Of a DNA stretch of 64,000 nt, positions 63,530 through 64,000 are shown piece after piece. Each line of letters starts with the position of its first letter. The stretch's first letter is position 1. The stretch is from Chiloscyllium plagiosum (lineage: Eukaryota): positions 40,872,969 to 40,936,968 of the forward strand of contig NC_057719.1 of NCBI RefSeq assembly GCF_004010195.1, in the 5' to 3' direction. A model generated the notes under the pieces. It was given only the letters and a program-made list of their open reading frames with translations, was not told the DNA's origin and made no database searches. A program made the position numbers and the translations under genes.

Positions 63530-64000
63530 CACCTAAATATGAGTCAATTGGAAGTAAAAACCAGTTGGGGTAGTATTTGTGAAACATGCGTATGACAAGG
63601 GCAGGGTTATCCATCTCTGGAACAATAAATGAACAGCTTTAATAAGAACAATCTGTTTAAACATACAGCACTTTGCAAATGCGTTGTTTATACAACTTCT
63701 CCTTTGAAAGGTTACTAAATTAAAAAGTTCAAGGGCCAGATTTTTTTTTGTGTCCGTCAACATTCCAGCAAAACTGAGACAAGGCTTAGAGGCATATCCT
63801 GCTCCCTTCCATTTCACAATGGGAGTACAATGGATTGTCTAAAATACATTATCCCCATGTTTGTGGGCAAAGCAACTTTAAATAAGAGAATTGTTGTCCT
63901 AAACTTATTTTTCAGCAGTTACCTGACTTAATGCTGGATGTAAGGAGTTAGTTAGGTCTCAGTGTTTAGTCGTTCATGGAGATTTCCTTCAATGTTGTTC

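Noticed and set aside
54361..64000. Terminal KIF26A exons
   Set aside because: I found no phase-compatible exon encoding the expected QRRRLIP-type or coiled-coil C-terminus. They probably lie beyond the window, though a missed small exon cannot be excluded.

Overview
Vertebrate genomic DNA, almost certainly an elasmobranch (shark), judged from HE1/V-SINE-type SINEs, CR1 LINEs and Penelope-like elements. The window lies inside one + strand gene, a kinesin-11 family member best matching KIF26A. Eight internal coding exons (19294-54360) splice with GT-AG boundaries and consistent phases. They encode the degenerate motor domain and a 3.5-kb Ser-rich tail exon. I found neither the usual upstream N-terminal exons nor the last exons in the window. 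Two signals stand out. (1) A candidate internal TATA/Inr promoter and a short first exon (ATG GAT TGG AAA GAA CT|gtaagt, 17641-17657) splice in frame to exon 19294, predicting a short MDWKEL-AAQKL isoform behind an abutting in-frame uORF. (2) About a dozen Penelope-like element termini from three sequence families carry minimal type I hammerhead ribozyme motifs, two fully intact on the sense strand (32145-32180, 63405-63439). Several form TSD-flanked fold-back mini-elements whose inversion point lies at the ribozyme. The remainder is nested CR1/L2/SINE debris, a 155-bp tandem duplication, a MITE-like insert and a 500-N gap. All family names come from motif recognition by eye, not database searches, and repeat boundaries are approximate.
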